NCBI GenBank assembly: GCA_964651705.1
Contig: CAZYWZ010000014.1
Coordinates: 9,743-73,742 of the forward strand
Direction: 5' to 3'
DNA length: 64,000 nt
Origin: an uncultured Verrucomicrobiales bacterium
Lineage (GTDB): Bacteria; Verrucomicrobiota; Verrucomicrobiia; JADLBR01
Under the pieces are notes generated by a model. It searched no databases. It was given only the letters and a program-made list of their open reading frames with translations, and was not told where the DNA came from. Position 1 is the first letter of the stretch. Each line of letters begins with the position of its first letter. This document shows positions 8,972 to 19,297 of this stretch, in pieces. The translations under genes were made by a program, and so were the position numbers.

Positions 8972-11200
8972 TCATGATCCGTCGTGAGTAGGGCGCGGTG
9001 GTCTCCGCTTCCAGATGACCAGCCGGACGCTCTGGGCGGGAAGGGCGGCTAACGCCTCGACGTCTCCATGTTCCGGATCCGACGCGGACACCAGGTCGGC
9101 ATCGGGCGCGCTCAGCGAAAACGGCGCTGCCTTTTCGCCGGGGTTCCAGACCAATACCGCGAGCCGGTCGCCTGCCGCGAAACCTTTGGCGACGAGTCCC
9201 TCGCCGCGGAAGGCAAAACCTTCTTCGTCAACGAATCGCCCGTGCCAGAGCAGGTCGGCGTTGGCGCGCTGGAATTCGATCATCTGCCTGAGGTATCGGG
9301 TCGCCTCTTCCGGGGGGACGGATTGCATCAGCGCGATGTTGGGTTTGCTGATGACCTCGGCGTATTCCTCGGCATCGGGCACGATGTCTTCCCTCAGATA
9401 GCGCACGTCCGGCGCATAGCGCGACTCGATCTCGAAGCGGAAGCCGTAGGCGCACGTGTAGTTGGCCATCGCGCGACCCATCATCGGGGTGGGCATCCGG
9501 ATCGTGCTCATCGCCTCGGGGAACGTGTACCGGAACATCTCGGGGAATGCCGGTGCGGCGGAGGCGCCGCTGAGGCGCGTCAGGATCTCTCCCGGCGACG
9601 CCTCGAAGGTGCCAAAGGTGCAGCCGTGGAACATCGCGATCGAATCCAGGACGCTGTCGTGCAGCCCTTCGGTCATCACGATGAAGTCGGGATCGATCGC
9701 CCGCATGTGGTCCGCGATCCTCCGTATGAAGCGGACCCGGTCGGACGCGTAGACCATCGATGGGACGGGGTGCCCATGCCCCTGGGCGTAGCACGGCATC
9801 GGTTCGTAGATGCCGAGCTGGTCGTAGAGAATGCCGTCGGCCCCGAGGTCATCGGCCTGGACGGCAAGCTCCAGCATGCGGTCATACCATCCCTGTGTCA
9901 TCAGGCAGCCGAGGCCGAAATGGCGCGGGGGCGCGTTCCGGTATTTGTGGTAAGTCAATTGCGTGGGCGCACCATCGCGCCCGATGACGGTCAGGTCCTT
10001 GCCGCGCGTCTCCCAGAATTCCGTCCCGATCTCCTGGAGTTGGCCGTTTGCGTACAGGATCGTTTTCTTGCCACGATGTCGCGCCTCCTTGAGCGCCTTG
10101 CGGAGCGCGTCCGCACCGCCCATCTCGGGGTCGGGTATGTAGTCGGGGTAGAGGTGGTCGTGGCCGCCGTGGGCCCAGCCGAACAGCCCGAGGATATCAA
10201 GGCCTCTTGCGTCGGCCACATCACAGAGTTTCCCCAACGAGTGGTAGTCCCAGAGAACCTCGCCGTTCTGCTGCTTGAGAATGCAGAGCAGCCAGCCCGA
10301 GGCGTCCCGGGCCCAGGCCGGCGGATCGATCGGTCGCGCGACCGTGTCGGCCCAGGCGCGGTAGTGACGGGCCGCCGCGTGCCACGTCCCCTCGTAGGGC
10401 AATATCAAGGTCGGCGGCAGAGACCAGCGCCCGCCTGTCGGGCAGAAGATCTGGTGTTTCAGCGCCATGCCAAAGGTGTTGTCCGACGGGTCGTGGCGAA
10501 CACGGAGCGATTTTGCGCTGTGCGTCGCGTCGTGGCAGCCCAGATAGAGGCCGCCCTGTTTTCCGGCGAACGCGCACCACTGCATGGTCCCGCGGCGGCT
10601 GGGGTAGTCGGCCGAGATTTCGAAACCGCGACCCCACGCTTTCCAGGGCGCAGTTTTGCCCGCGGTGGGCGCGCGATCGAGCCGGCGACCGAATCCCTCG
10701 GGCAATAGCACGGGGTGCGCGGCCAGATCGGCCTGGATGCCATGGAGCACCGGCCCGGTGAAGCCGCAGACGACCCACCCTTTCTCGTCATTTCGGATTT
10801 CTCCCGTGATCTCGAACGCGTCGCCAGTGGGGCGGATGTCGATCGTGACCCCGATGTCCCATGTCCTCTTCCCGTCGCCGAGCGTGCCGCAGGTCAATCG
10901 GATGCCCTCCGCCATCGCGGCGCGCGTCACGGGTTGCCCCTGGTCCGTCAGGACGATCGGTTCGGCCCCCACGGGGGGTGGGGTATCTGGCTGGACCAGC
11001 ACCGCCCACAGCGGGTCGCCCTTGGCCCGGATGGCGGGGCACGCGGCGATCGCGGGCGCGAGGCCGATGCCTTGGGCATCGGCCTGGAGTTCGCCCTTCG
11101 GCCCCTTGACCCGGATCGCCTCTCCACCCTCGGTGGGCATCGACAACAGAAACCATCCCAATCCCACCACCATAGCTGTGTTTTTCGCGATCATTTGCAT
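8972..11200 (-). CDS. secreted hypothetical protein, possible glycoside-hydrolase-like TIM barrel
   Basis: 742 aa, signal peptide MQMIAKNTAMVVGLGWFLLS. Consistent codon usage within the operon. No family recognised with certainty. Confidence 0.5.
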   Translation of the reverse strand: MQMIAKNTAMVVGLGWFLLSMPTEGGEAIRVKGPKGELQADAQGIGLAPAIAACPAIRAKGDPLWAVLVQPDTPPPVGAEPIVLTDQGQPVTRAAMAEGIRLTCGTLGDGKRTWDIGVTIDIRPTGDAFEITGEIRNDEKGWVVCGFTGPVLHGIQADLAAHPVLLPEGFGRRLDRAPTAGKTAPWKAWGRGFEISADYPSRRGTMQWCAFAGKQGGLYLGCHDATHSAKSLRVRHDPSDNTFGMALKHQIFCPTGGRWSLPPTLILPYEGTWHAAARHYRAWADTVARPIDPPAWARDASGWLLCILKQQNGEVLWDYHSLGKLCDVADARGLDILGLFGWAHGGHDHLYPDYIPDPEMGGADALRKALKEARHRGKKTILYANGQLQEIGTEFWETRGKDLTVIGRDGAPTQLTYHKYRNAPPRHFGLGCLMTQGWYDRMLELAVQADDLGADGILYDQLGIYEPMPCYAQGHGHPVPSMVYASDRVRFIRRIADHMRAIDPDFIVMTEGLHDSVLDSIAMFHGCTFGTFEASPGEILTRLSGASAAPAFPEMFRYTFPEAMSTIRMPTPMMGRAMANYTCAYGFRFEIESRYAPDVRYLREDIVPDAEEYAEVISKPNIALMQSVPPEEATRYLRQMIEFQRANADLLWHGRFVDEEGFAFRGEGLVAKGFAAGDRLAVLVWNPGEKAAPFSLSAPDADLVSASDPEHGDVEALAALPAQSVRLVIWKRRPPRPTHDGS

Positions 11201-11227
11201 CCTTTCCGCATCAACAACCGGAGGCGT

Positions 11228-14200
11228 TTACTCCTTGAGCAATCCCATCCGCACCGCCCGCCAATAGGCGGCCTGGGTGTAAAAATGGCCGTAGAGAACG
11301 ACCTTCGTGTAGTCGACTTGGCCGATCATCTGCCGCACCAGCCCGAGCTGTTCTGACGACAGGGAGGGTTCGGGGAGGAGGAGCAGCGTGAGCGCCGCCT
11401 CGGCGGGTTCCCGGATCGTGCGCTCTTCCGAGATGATGGCGTCCGGCCGTGTGGGCACCTGATAGCCCCCGGAATTGCGGAGTGGCCAAGTGCGCCAATC
11501 CAGATGGATCGGCCCGGCCGCGGGGGGCCGATATTTCAGGCACCTGTCCAGGAACCCCTGGGAGCGTCCGGCCACCAGCCGCATCGCCTCGAGCCACTGC
11601 CGCTTCAATTCCGGGGAGTCCTCCAATTGATAGAGGGCTTCCAGCGAAACCTGCTCTTGCAGGAGGGCGTAGGGTACCTTCGTCGAAGCCCCCTTGGATT
11701 TCTCGGCCGCCTCGGGGCTGTATCGCCGGGCGAGTTTTTTCCAATGCCCGTCGCCGGTCATGTCCGCGCCGATCGCGTAGATCATCGGCAGGCGCGCGAT
11801 CTCGTGCGCCTCGTTCTCCCACATCTTGTCCACGATGCTATCGAAGGCGCCGGTCTCCTTCCCGATGCGGTAGCCGTTCGCCGCCACCACGTTGCGCTCG
11901 AGCCGGCGGCAGACCGCGGCGATGATCTCGCGCATCGCGGCCTTCTCTTCCGGTTGCGAGAGCGGCGAGTGGTAGTAGCGCCAGAGTCCGTAGGCGAACC
12001 ACGTGTATTGGTCGCGCGAGCTTTCGCAGTAGTGCGATTTCCCGTCGGCGGGGCTAACGCCGCGGATCACGAATCCCTTGGAAGGGCTCAGGGTTCCCAG
12101 CAGTTGCAAACCGGCGAAGACCTTGGCCGCGGATGGGCGAAGGCCGTAATCCCCGGTGGCGTCGAACCGGTCGCAGATCATCGATATCATCAACCCGCCG
12201 CTGATGGCGCAGTCCTCCATGCCGGTGCCCCAGCCGTTGGGATTGGGATATTGCCGGGCTGCCTCGTCGGGTGTCGGGAGACAGGCCAGCCGTTTCCCGG
12301 GATCGTGGCTGGAGACGTAGTCATAGAACAGGTCCGTGCGGTCGTCGTAGAAGCGGTCCCACGCGGCGCGCCATGCTTCCTCGACCTTGGCGCGGAGTTG
12401 CGCGTCGGTGAGATCGCGAGGCGTGGCGGGTGAGGCCTGCGGGGGGGGAGCCGCCTTGGATCGCGCGCCATCGACGATGTCAGCTTCTGCCTGGAAGCGC
12501 GCCTTGAGGATGAAGGAATCGCCTTCCTCGGCAACCGATGGCACGGCTGTCCTGTTGATGGAGCCAATTTCGATCAGCCGTTTCGGCACGATCACGGTCT
12601 TGTGGTGCGCCTTTTCGGGGTCGCCCGCGACGAGGGTCAGCTTCGTCATCCTCCCGCCCCCGACAACCGCGGTGGCGATCAGGCCGCCGTGGCACGCAAG
12701 CTTGAAGGAGTAATCCTTCCACGCCGCGGGCACGGCGGGCGCGATGCGGATCTCGTCCCCGCGGCTCTGCACGAGCATCTGGTTTAGCGCGTAGACCACG
12801 TTCCCCGATGCCGTCGCGAACCACGGGTGCATGGAGACTTCCTTCTCGTTGATCTCGAACATCTCCCCGAAGCAGCCCGCGCCGGATGCCGCCTCTTCGA
12901 GCAGCCGGGCCGGTTCGGTTTCATCTCCGAGCATGGCGAGCGCAGCCGCCATCCACCCCGCGTACCACGCGCAGATTGACTCGCCCACCGGATACATGTT
13001 TCCCGACGCCCGGCCGTTGGCGACAAAGTGATGGGCGGCGTTGCGTTGGAGTTCATCGTTTGCGTCAAAAAGCGGATACGGAAAGAGTCCGCCCAGCGAG
13101 GCGATGCTCTCCTCCTTGCACCCCGCGTAGGGCACATAGCGACCACCATCGTGCGGCAGCGATTCTCGCAGCTTTGCTGCGGCGCGCCTCCACGCCGGGG
13201 CCTCGGCGTCGTCGGTTTCGAGCAATGTCGCGGCGCGCGCGGCGGCCTCGAGGGTGAAGATGGCGCCACAGGATGTCATGAAAGGGTTCTGCCGCGCGGG
13301 GCCGAGGCGTTCGAGGTCGGTGCATTTGCCGATGAACATCCCGCCCTGCGGGGTCTCGTAGACCATATTGGCGAGGAAGAACCTCGCGCACTCTTTGATC
13401 ACCGGGTAGCCCGTTCCCCGGAGGTAGGATGTATCGCCCGTGTAGAGGTAATGGAGCCAGGCCGATAGCGCGATGTTCGACATGTGGAATACATGCTCCA
13501 TCCAGAAGCCGGGAGGCGTTCCCTCGGTGCCGTCTTCCAATGCCTCCCACGGATAGCGGGCGCCGTAGGTCCCCGGCTTGCCGTAGTGGCTCGCCCGGTA
13601 GAGCGCCTTCTCAAGCCCGGCGAATCGAAATTCGGGGCAACGGCGGGCGATGTCGCGGTGATTGCTGCTGATCAGGGCCTGGTAGCAGAACATCTCGTCC
13701 CACCCGAAGAACTTGCCCGCCCAATGCGTGGGGAAGATGCCGACCGGGAACGACCATTTCGTTGCGTTGGCCCGCAGGTGGTACTGCGCGGTGCAATAGA
13801 CGTTCTCCAGGCGCCGGTCGGGGATCCGCACGTGAGACTCGGCCCAGTATTTTTGCCACTCTTGCCGGTGCGAGGCCCGCATGCCGTCGAATCCCTCCTG
13901 TCGCACTCGGGATCTCAGGTGTGCCGCGCGATCCAGGTAATCGTCGCCGTCCATGGAATCCGCGAAGAGGAGGAAGAAGGTCATCTCGGTTGGGGCCGCG
14001 GCATCGAGCGCCACCTCCGCCGAGAGCCTGGCGGTCTGCCCGTCGATGGCGGCGGTGACCGGCGCGTCGGCGAAGACGGATATGATGCCGTCATAGGTGC
14101 GGTGCCCATCCACCCGGTATCGGAAATCCACGCGCTGGGGGTCGTCGCCCGGATCGGCCTTGCAGGTCGTTCGGGGCGCAACACGGTTGTCGTTCCCCGG

Positions 14201-14716
14201 CGGGGTAAACTGGTATCGGAAGGTGAGGCGGGCCGAAGTGATCGCCGGATCTTTCGCGGAGATCCGTTTTCTCACGACCACGAGGTCGTGCGACAGGTGC
14301 GTGAATACGATCGTCTCGACCGTCAGCGCCTCGCCAAAATCGTTGCGGCAGGAAACCTCGGCCTCGCGGGTGTTCAGGGTCTGCGTCCAATGGGTGGGCG
14401 TCTCTTGAGCCTTTCCACCGAAGGACAACTCATGGGCGAAGTGACCGAAGGGGACCATCTGGTCATGTCCTGGCCCAAATCGGCGCCCCTCCCACCAGAT
14501 CGCCGGCGTCATCTTGGCATAGCGGCGTTGGGCCTGGCCGCCCTGATAGTCGACGAGCATGCAGAGGCTGCCGTTGCTGACCAGCGGTGGCACATAGCCC
14601 GGCGGCAGTGCCTCGCCGCTGCCGCTAACCGCGTTCTCAAAGCTGTCGCCGACCGCAGACGCCGTTTGCACTGCCAGGCCGCACAATCCTAGCAACCAGA
14701 CAAGTCTCGTTCTCAT
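11228..14716 (-). CDS. large secreted putative glycoside hydrolase, six-hairpin/alpha-toroid-like
   Basis: 1162 aa, signal peptide MRTRLVWLLGLCGLAVQTASA. Aromatic-rich blocks typical of (alpha/alpha)6 glycosidases. Family not assigned. Confidence 0.5.
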   Translation of the reverse strand: MRTRLVWLLGLCGLAVQTASAVGDSFENAVSGSGEALPPGYVPPLVSNGSLCMLVDYQGGQAQRRYAKMTPAIWWEGRRFGPGHDQMVPFGHFAHELSFGGKAQETPTHWTQTLNTREAEVSCRNDFGEALTVETIVFTHLSHDLVVVRKRISAKDPAITSARLTFRYQFTPPGNDNRVAPRTTCKADPGDDPQRVDFRYRVDGHRTYDGIISVFADAPVTAAIDGQTARLSAEVALDAAAPTEMTFFLLFADSMDGDDYLDRAAHLRSRVRQEGFDGMRASHRQEWQKYWAESHVRIPDRRLENVYCTAQYHLRANATKWSFPVGIFPTHWAGKFFGWDEMFCYQALISSNHRDIARRCPEFRFAGLEKALYRASHYGKPGTYGARYPWEALEDGTEGTPPGFWMEHVFHMSNIALSAWLHYLYTGDTSYLRGTGYPVIKECARFFLANMVYETPQGGMFIGKCTDLERLGPARQNPFMTSCGAIFTLEAAARAATLLETDDAEAPAWRRAAAKLRESLPHDGGRYVPYAGCKEESIASLGGLFPYPLFDANDELQRNAAHHFVANGRASGNMYPVGESICAWYAGWMAAALAMLGDETEPARLLEEAASGAGCFGEMFEINEKEVSMHPWFATASGNVVYALNQMLVQSRGDEIRIAPAVPAAWKDYSFKLACHGGLIATAVVGGGRMTKLTLVAGDPEKAHHKTVIVPKRLIEIGSINRTAVPSVAEEGDSFILKARFQAEADIVDGARSKAAPPPQASPATPRDLTDAQLRAKVEEAWRAAWDRFYDDRTDLFYDYVSSHDPGKRLACLPTPDEAARQYPNPNGWGTGMEDCAISGGLMISMICDRFDATGDYGLRPSAAKVFAGLQLLGTLSPSKGFVIRGVSPADGKSHYCESSRDQYTWFAYGLWRYYHSPLSQPEEKAAMREIIAAVCRRLERNVVAANGYRIGKETGAFDSIVDKMWENEAHEIARLPMIYAIGADMTGDGHWKKLARRYSPEAAEKSKGASTKVPYALLQEQVSLEALYQLEDSPELKRQWLEAMRLVAGRSQGFLDRCLKYRPPAAGPIHLDWRTWPLRNSGGYQVPTRPDAIISEERTIREPAEAALTLLLLPEPSLSSEQLGLVRQMIGQVDYTKVVLYGHFYTQAAYWRAVRMGLLKE

Positions 14717-14723
14717 GACTGCA

Positions 14724-16805
14724 TTACCGTGTCTCTCCAGAGAGTGCCGGCAGCCATTCGTCGCTCACGCGAAGTGGCTCGCCGACCTTGATCCCCTCGC
14801 GCGCGGCGGCGTCCCCCGCGATCAGAAACGAACGCGGGGGCAGTTCGATGCCGGCGACCGAGCGCGGCTCGTTCGCAAAGTTCACGGTGACGGAGGCGCC
14901 ATTCGCGAAGGAGCTGCGCTGGAGCAGCCCGTCTTTCGTCAGGCGCTCGTGGTTCACCATCTCGGCATAGCCGACCGCGCGGCGCCAGCGGCACACCGTG
15001 TCGTAGCACGCCTTGAAGCGCTCGCGGTTGTTCGCGAAGAGTTCCTGCTGGGGTTCCCACAGCACCCACGTCGGCATGGCCGCGTGGAGGAGCGCCAAGA
15101 GATCCTTCTGTTCCCAGAGGGTGGGCATCCGGTGGCTGTTGTCGCCCCAGCGCCATGTCGTCTCGCAGCAGTCCCCGTAGACGAGTTGGAACAGCGGCAC
15201 GCGCCTCCAGGGATTGGTGCCGTACTCCTCGTAGCGGGGCTCGGAGGGAATTGAGACAAACGGCATCGCGTGGATCGCCTTCGGATTGGCGAAGAAGGCC
15301 GAGGTGCTCATGACCCCCTCGAAATAGTCGGCCACGGGAACGGCCCAGTCCCTCCCTTGCTCAGAACCCGCCACCAGGCCGAGATTCCGCGTCAGGTGTT
15401 CCAACTGTCGGACGCGCGTCTCCCGGTCGGCGGTGCGGGTGAGCGGATGGTCCGGATCCCAGCACTCGTAGAGTCGCGTGGCCGTCACGCAGTCGAGGAA
15501 ATAGGCCGTGAAAGGGGAATCGGCCAACCGCCGAGGCATCTTTTCGCGGAGGACGCGCAGGCCGGAGGTCCAGCAGATCACGAAGCTAGGATGCTTCTCT
15601 CCCGTTTTGGGATCGGTGTAGGGGCACCATCCGATCTGGTTGGAGCCATCGGTGGTCTTGATGACATCCCCCGGGAACGAGAAGCCTTCGCAACGCTCCC
15701 ACTTGGCCGGTGGCGTGCCGGGCTCGTAAAGATCGGTGTAGATATCGTAGTGCGACGACAGGTAACCCATGTCGTTGATTTGGCGGACGTGGTCCTTCGT
15801 GAAGCCGGATACGACGGCCCGTTCGATGCCGAGCGCCTTCAGCGCTTTGATATTCTCGATGTTCCGGCAGTAGATATTCACCGCGCCCACCAGGCGGTCG
15901 ATGGACGGGCGCTCCTCGCGTTTTTCGGCCAGCGTTCTCACGAGCCCCTGTCCTCGCGCATGTGCGCGGTAGCGTTTGGCGAGGGCGACATACCCACCCC
16001 GGTCGGCGAAGTGATAAAGGAGTTGGCGTGTGTAGCCGAGTTTCCCTTTCTGCGGTTGGAACCACGGCTGGAGCGCGATCACTTCCCGGCCCGTGCCGCG
16101 CACCTTGCGCCCCCGATGGGACGCGTCATCGGGAGTGGTGAAGATGCCAACGAATCCTTGGCCCGACGCGAGGTCCGTTGCCCCAAACCATGGCATCGAC
16201 ATGAAGCCGCCCGGCGTCTTGCCGTCCCATTCGAGTTCATTGACGCGGAAGAGGAGGCCGGCGTTCTGCGGGATGACGAGTACTCCTTCGGGTTCATCCA
16301 AGACGAACGGCGCGGGCAGGGAGATCTCGCCGAATGCGATGGCGGGGTCTCCCGTGATCTCGTACGACACGTCGGCCCCTGTCTTCGGGAGGGTCACGCG
16401 CGCCGTCAGAGGCAGGGGGGCATTCGTGCCCTCCGCATACGACATGCGGATCTCGACGCCGACGTCCGGGGCATCCTGTGGACGGATGGCCGACACCGTG
16501 ACGCGCACCGCCTCCGCGGCCTGGCGCCAGAGTCGGCCGCAGCGCTTGTCCAACACATCCCATGTGGCATTCGATTCGACGACGCTCACGCGGAGCGCTT
16601 CATTCTCGAATACCCACGCGCCATTGGCGCGGACGGGCTGCCCGTGTCCCGGGGTGTCCAAAAGCGCGACGGCGACCAGGCCGATTGACAGCGCGGCGCC
16701 GAACCCCCCCGCGGTGTTCGCCCGACGCCGGAGCCGGGCGGGGGGCCGGCGGAAGCCCGATCGCCCCTCGCGATTTCTGTTCCCGCTCGTCTCGATTTGC
16801 ATCAT
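14724..16805 (-). CDS. putative glycoside-hydrolase-like protein, paralog of 26249-28351
   Basis: Shares YHF...GY.A.AKRYR block with the 26249 gene. N-terminal TM/signal AALSIGLVAVALL. The ORF extends to 16850, but a start at MMQIETS (16805) avoids overlap with the upstream gene. Confidence 0.55.
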   Translation of the reverse strand: MMQIETSGNRNREGRSGFRRPPARLRRRANTAGGFGAALSIGLVAVALLDTPGHGQPVRANGAWVFENEALRVSVVESNATWDVLDKRCGRLWRQAAEAVRVTVSAIRPQDAPDVGVEIRMSYAEGTNAPLPLTARVTLPKTGADVSYEITGDPAIAFGEISLPAPFVLDEPEGVLVIPQNAGLLFRVNELEWDGKTPGGFMSMPWFGATDLASGQGFVGIFTTPDDASHRGRKVRGTGREVIALQPWFQPQKGKLGYTRQLLYHFADRGGYVALAKRYRAHARGQGLVRTLAEKREERPSIDRLVGAVNIYCRNIENIKALKALGIERAVVSGFTKDHVRQINDMGYLSSHYDIYTDLYEPGTPPAKWERCEGFSFPGDVIKTTDGSNQIGWCPYTDPKTGEKHPSFVICWTSGLRVLREKMPRRLADSPFTAYFLDCVTATRLYECWDPDHPLTRTADRETRVRQLEHLTRNLGLVAGSEQGRDWAVPVADYFEGVMSTSAFFANPKAIHAMPFVSIPSEPRYEEYGTNPWRRVPLFQLVYGDCCETTWRWGDNSHRMPTLWEQKDLLALLHAAMPTWVLWEPQQELFANNRERFKACYDTVCRWRRAVGYAEMVNHERLTKDGLLQRSSFANGASVTVNFANEPRSVAGIELPPRSFLIAGDAAAREGIKVGEPLRVSDEWLPALSGETR

Positions 16806-16834
16806 CCCCGTGATTTCTTGTTGGCCCGCATCCG

Positions 16835-19297
16835 TCAGAACAGCAGCCACTCGGGCGAAGCCAGGAGGCCGACATCGGGGTGGTGTTCAGGAGGCGGCAC
16901 CCAGAACTTCTTGTTCCATGCGCCCGCGGGGTTCTTCCAGTCGCCAAAGAGGGGTGCCACCGAGGTCCATGTCGTGATTTTCAGTGTGGCCTTCTTGCCC
17001 TTGGCTTCCGGCGGCACGGCCCATTCGAATGGGGCCCAGGCGCGCTCGCCCAAGGCCCTGCCATCCAGTTCGACGGCCGTGTATAGCCCGCCCGTTTCGA
17101 GCCGCAGCCGGACGTCGCCGCCGTGGGCCGGAACCGCGACCTCGGTCTCGTAACTCACGGTGCCCGCGAAATCGGCCAACCCCTGCTTCCACAGCGCGCC
17201 CGGACCAACCCGCCCTGGAAGCGCCGTGACGGCGTCGCCCTCGACGGCGAAGTCTCCCGCTAGCCAGGCAACCGGGAGGAAGTAGTTGGTGTCGCCACCG
17301 CCCGATGCGATGCTGAAGGCGTGCTCGCCCGCCGCCAGACGGAAGGGGGCGGATTGGAGGTAAAGCTCGTTGAGGCCCTGGCGCAGCGAGTCGCAGGGAT
17401 GTTTTGCCGTCAGGGGGTTCCCGTCCATGGCCACGACGTTCGGTCCCGGGTGATTGCGCACGACGAGGCGGGCGGCCGCGATCGGATGTTCGACGTCGAT
17501 CCGGGCCACGCCGTTCGTCCCAAAGGCCAGCCGGAGCGTGTTGCGCGCGCCGAGCGCGATCCCAAAGGACGCGCCCTCCGCCACCGGACGGATCGCCCTG
17601 GGCGTGGTCGGCACCGATCCCTCGCCATCGAACAGGAACACGCCGCGGGCCGGCAAATCGAAAGGGATGGGTTCCTTGCCGCGGCGCATCAGTCGCATCC
17701 GTCCGTGCTTCCTTGCCGTGAGTCCGAGCACGGCGACAGCGCCATCCTCGTATTGCCGAAGCAGGAGGTTCTCATCTGCCCCGCCGTCGGCCGTCTCGAC
17801 CCGCGCCTCTGGCGGAGCAATCGTCTTGGCGAATGCGGCGGCCTCATCGGGCGAGGGAAAGACGCGGCCGGATGTCTCCTCCTTCAAAGTCGTGCCATCG
17901 AAGCCGAACACCAGCGGCTTATCGCAAGGCTCGTCTTCTTCGTAGAGGTCGTAGGTGAGCTGGTGCGCAGAAAAGCGACGGAGCGTGGCGAGGAGGGCGG
18001 GATGCGTCTTGCGTTGGGCCGCCAGGCGCGCGGCCTCGCGCTGCGGGTAGCGGATCGCGATGTTGCACCGGGCCCGTTTGTTCGCGTAGCGCGCGGCCGT
18101 CCGCGCCTCGGCGCCCAGCAGGCGGAACGCGGGGAACCAGGGCTGCATTCGGGTGAGGGGGTTGAAGTAGCCGGCCTTCTCGACATTGCCCCGGGCGTCG
18201 AGGGGCGCGATCGCCAGCACGTAGCGGTCCACCTGGTGCATCGCGCACAGCCAGATCATCTGGCGCTGCGTGGCGTGTGTCATGTCGCTCGGGCCCAGCG
18301 CGAAGAGTTCGGCCAAACCCCCGTTCCCCCGCCGCCCGATCGCGTGCTGCGCCACCGCGAGGGTGAGCCACTCGATCGTTTCCGGGTCCAGGCGCGTCCC
18401 GATCTCATCGATGCCGGGGAGCGTCAGGCCCGTCAGCGCGTGGAGCGGATCGCCGTTGTAGAGGGCGGAGTTGCGCGTGTCGTTTTCGGAGATCATGTGC
18501 CCCGTCGCGAGGACGCCCGCGCGCTCGCACCACGCGCGGATCGGATCGAAGTAGGCCTTGCGGAAGCGTGCCCCGAGCAAGCCATAGTACGCGGCCCAGA
18601 CATCGTCCCGGGCGGGGTCGTCGAGATACGCCTGGATGTCCCGGCGCAGGTCGTGGCCCGTGGCGGCCCGGTATTCGTCCTCCGCGCCATCGAAATGGCG
18701 GAACACCAGGGACGGTTTGCCTTCGGGCTTTACCGGCACGGGGTGCGCGGGCTCGTCGGTAAAGATCCCGACGACGGTCGATCCCAGATAGGGGCCGAGG
18801 CGGCGCTCGTATTCCTTGTGGGTCAGCTCGATGAACCGCCCCATGGCCTTGAAGCTGTAGTTGTCTACCCAGCCGGGGGAGTGAACGACCTTCCAGTCGA
18901 ACGAGCCGTCGGCCCGCTTATAGACCGCGAACTCGCGGGACTCGAAATCCGGGCTCTCCGCGGGCACGCGGCCCTTGCAGGAACCGCTGGGCCAGTTGTA
19001 CTCGTCGTAGAGCCAGATCGCCATGTCCAGCCGTTGGGCGTGCTTGCAGAACCACTCGCACAGCTGGAGCCACTCCTCGCCCATGTACTCCAGTTCCAGT
19101 CCGCTCCGCGCGTAGATCAGGTATTGGTCGATCCCCACGGCCTTGTAGGCCTCGAGGGTCTCCCGGACGGTCGCCTCGTCGGGCCTTCCCGTGATGGCGC
19201 CCATCGGGATCAGCGGGCACCGCGGCTCGGCCGCCGTCGTTGCGAGGGCCCAGCCAGTCGCCAGCACAAACCATGTTGCCGTCGTCTTCATTCTCAT
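16835..19297 (-). CDS. secreted putative glycoside hydrolase with C-terminal GH2-type sugar-binding-like jelly-roll
   Basis: Signal MRMKTTATWFVLATGWALATTAA. 820 aa. ATGA overlap with the downstream gene at 19294-19297. The ORF-track N-terminal extension to 19555 is Arg-rich and rejected. Confidence 0.55.
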   Translation of the reverse strand: MRMKTTATWFVLATGWALATTAAEPRCPLIPMGAITGRPDEATVRETLEAYKAVGIDQYLIYARSGLELEYMGEEWLQLCEWFCKHAQRLDMAIWLYDEYNWPSGSCKGRVPAESPDFESREFAVYKRADGSFDWKVVHSPGWVDNYSFKAMGRFIELTHKEYERRLGPYLGSTVVGIFTDEPAHPVPVKPEGKPSLVFRHFDGAEDEYRAATGHDLRRDIQAYLDDPARDDVWAAYYGLLGARFRKAYFDPIRAWCERAGVLATGHMISENDTRNSALYNGDPLHALTGLTLPGIDEIGTRLDPETIEWLTLAVAQHAIGRRGNGGLAELFALGPSDMTHATQRQMIWLCAMHQVDRYVLAIAPLDARGNVEKAGYFNPLTRMQPWFPAFRLLGAEARTAARYANKRARCNIAIRYPQREAARLAAQRKTHPALLATLRRFSAHQLTYDLYEEDEPCDKPLVFGFDGTTLKEETSGRVFPSPDEAAAFAKTIAPPEARVETADGGADENLLLRQYEDGAVAVLGLTARKHGRMRLMRRGKEPIPFDLPARGVFLFDGEGSVPTTPRAIRPVAEGASFGIALGARNTLRLAFGTNGVARIDVEHPIAAARLVVRNHPGPNVVAMDGNPLTAKHPCDSLRQGLNELYLQSAPFRLAAGEHAFSIASGGGDTNYFLPVAWLAGDFAVEGDAVTALPGRVGPGALWKQGLADFAGTVSYETEVAVPAHGGDVRLRLETGGLYTAVELDGRALGERAWAPFEWAVPPEAKGKKATLKITTWTSVAPLFGDWKNPAGAWNKKFWVPPPEHHPDVGLLASPEWLLF

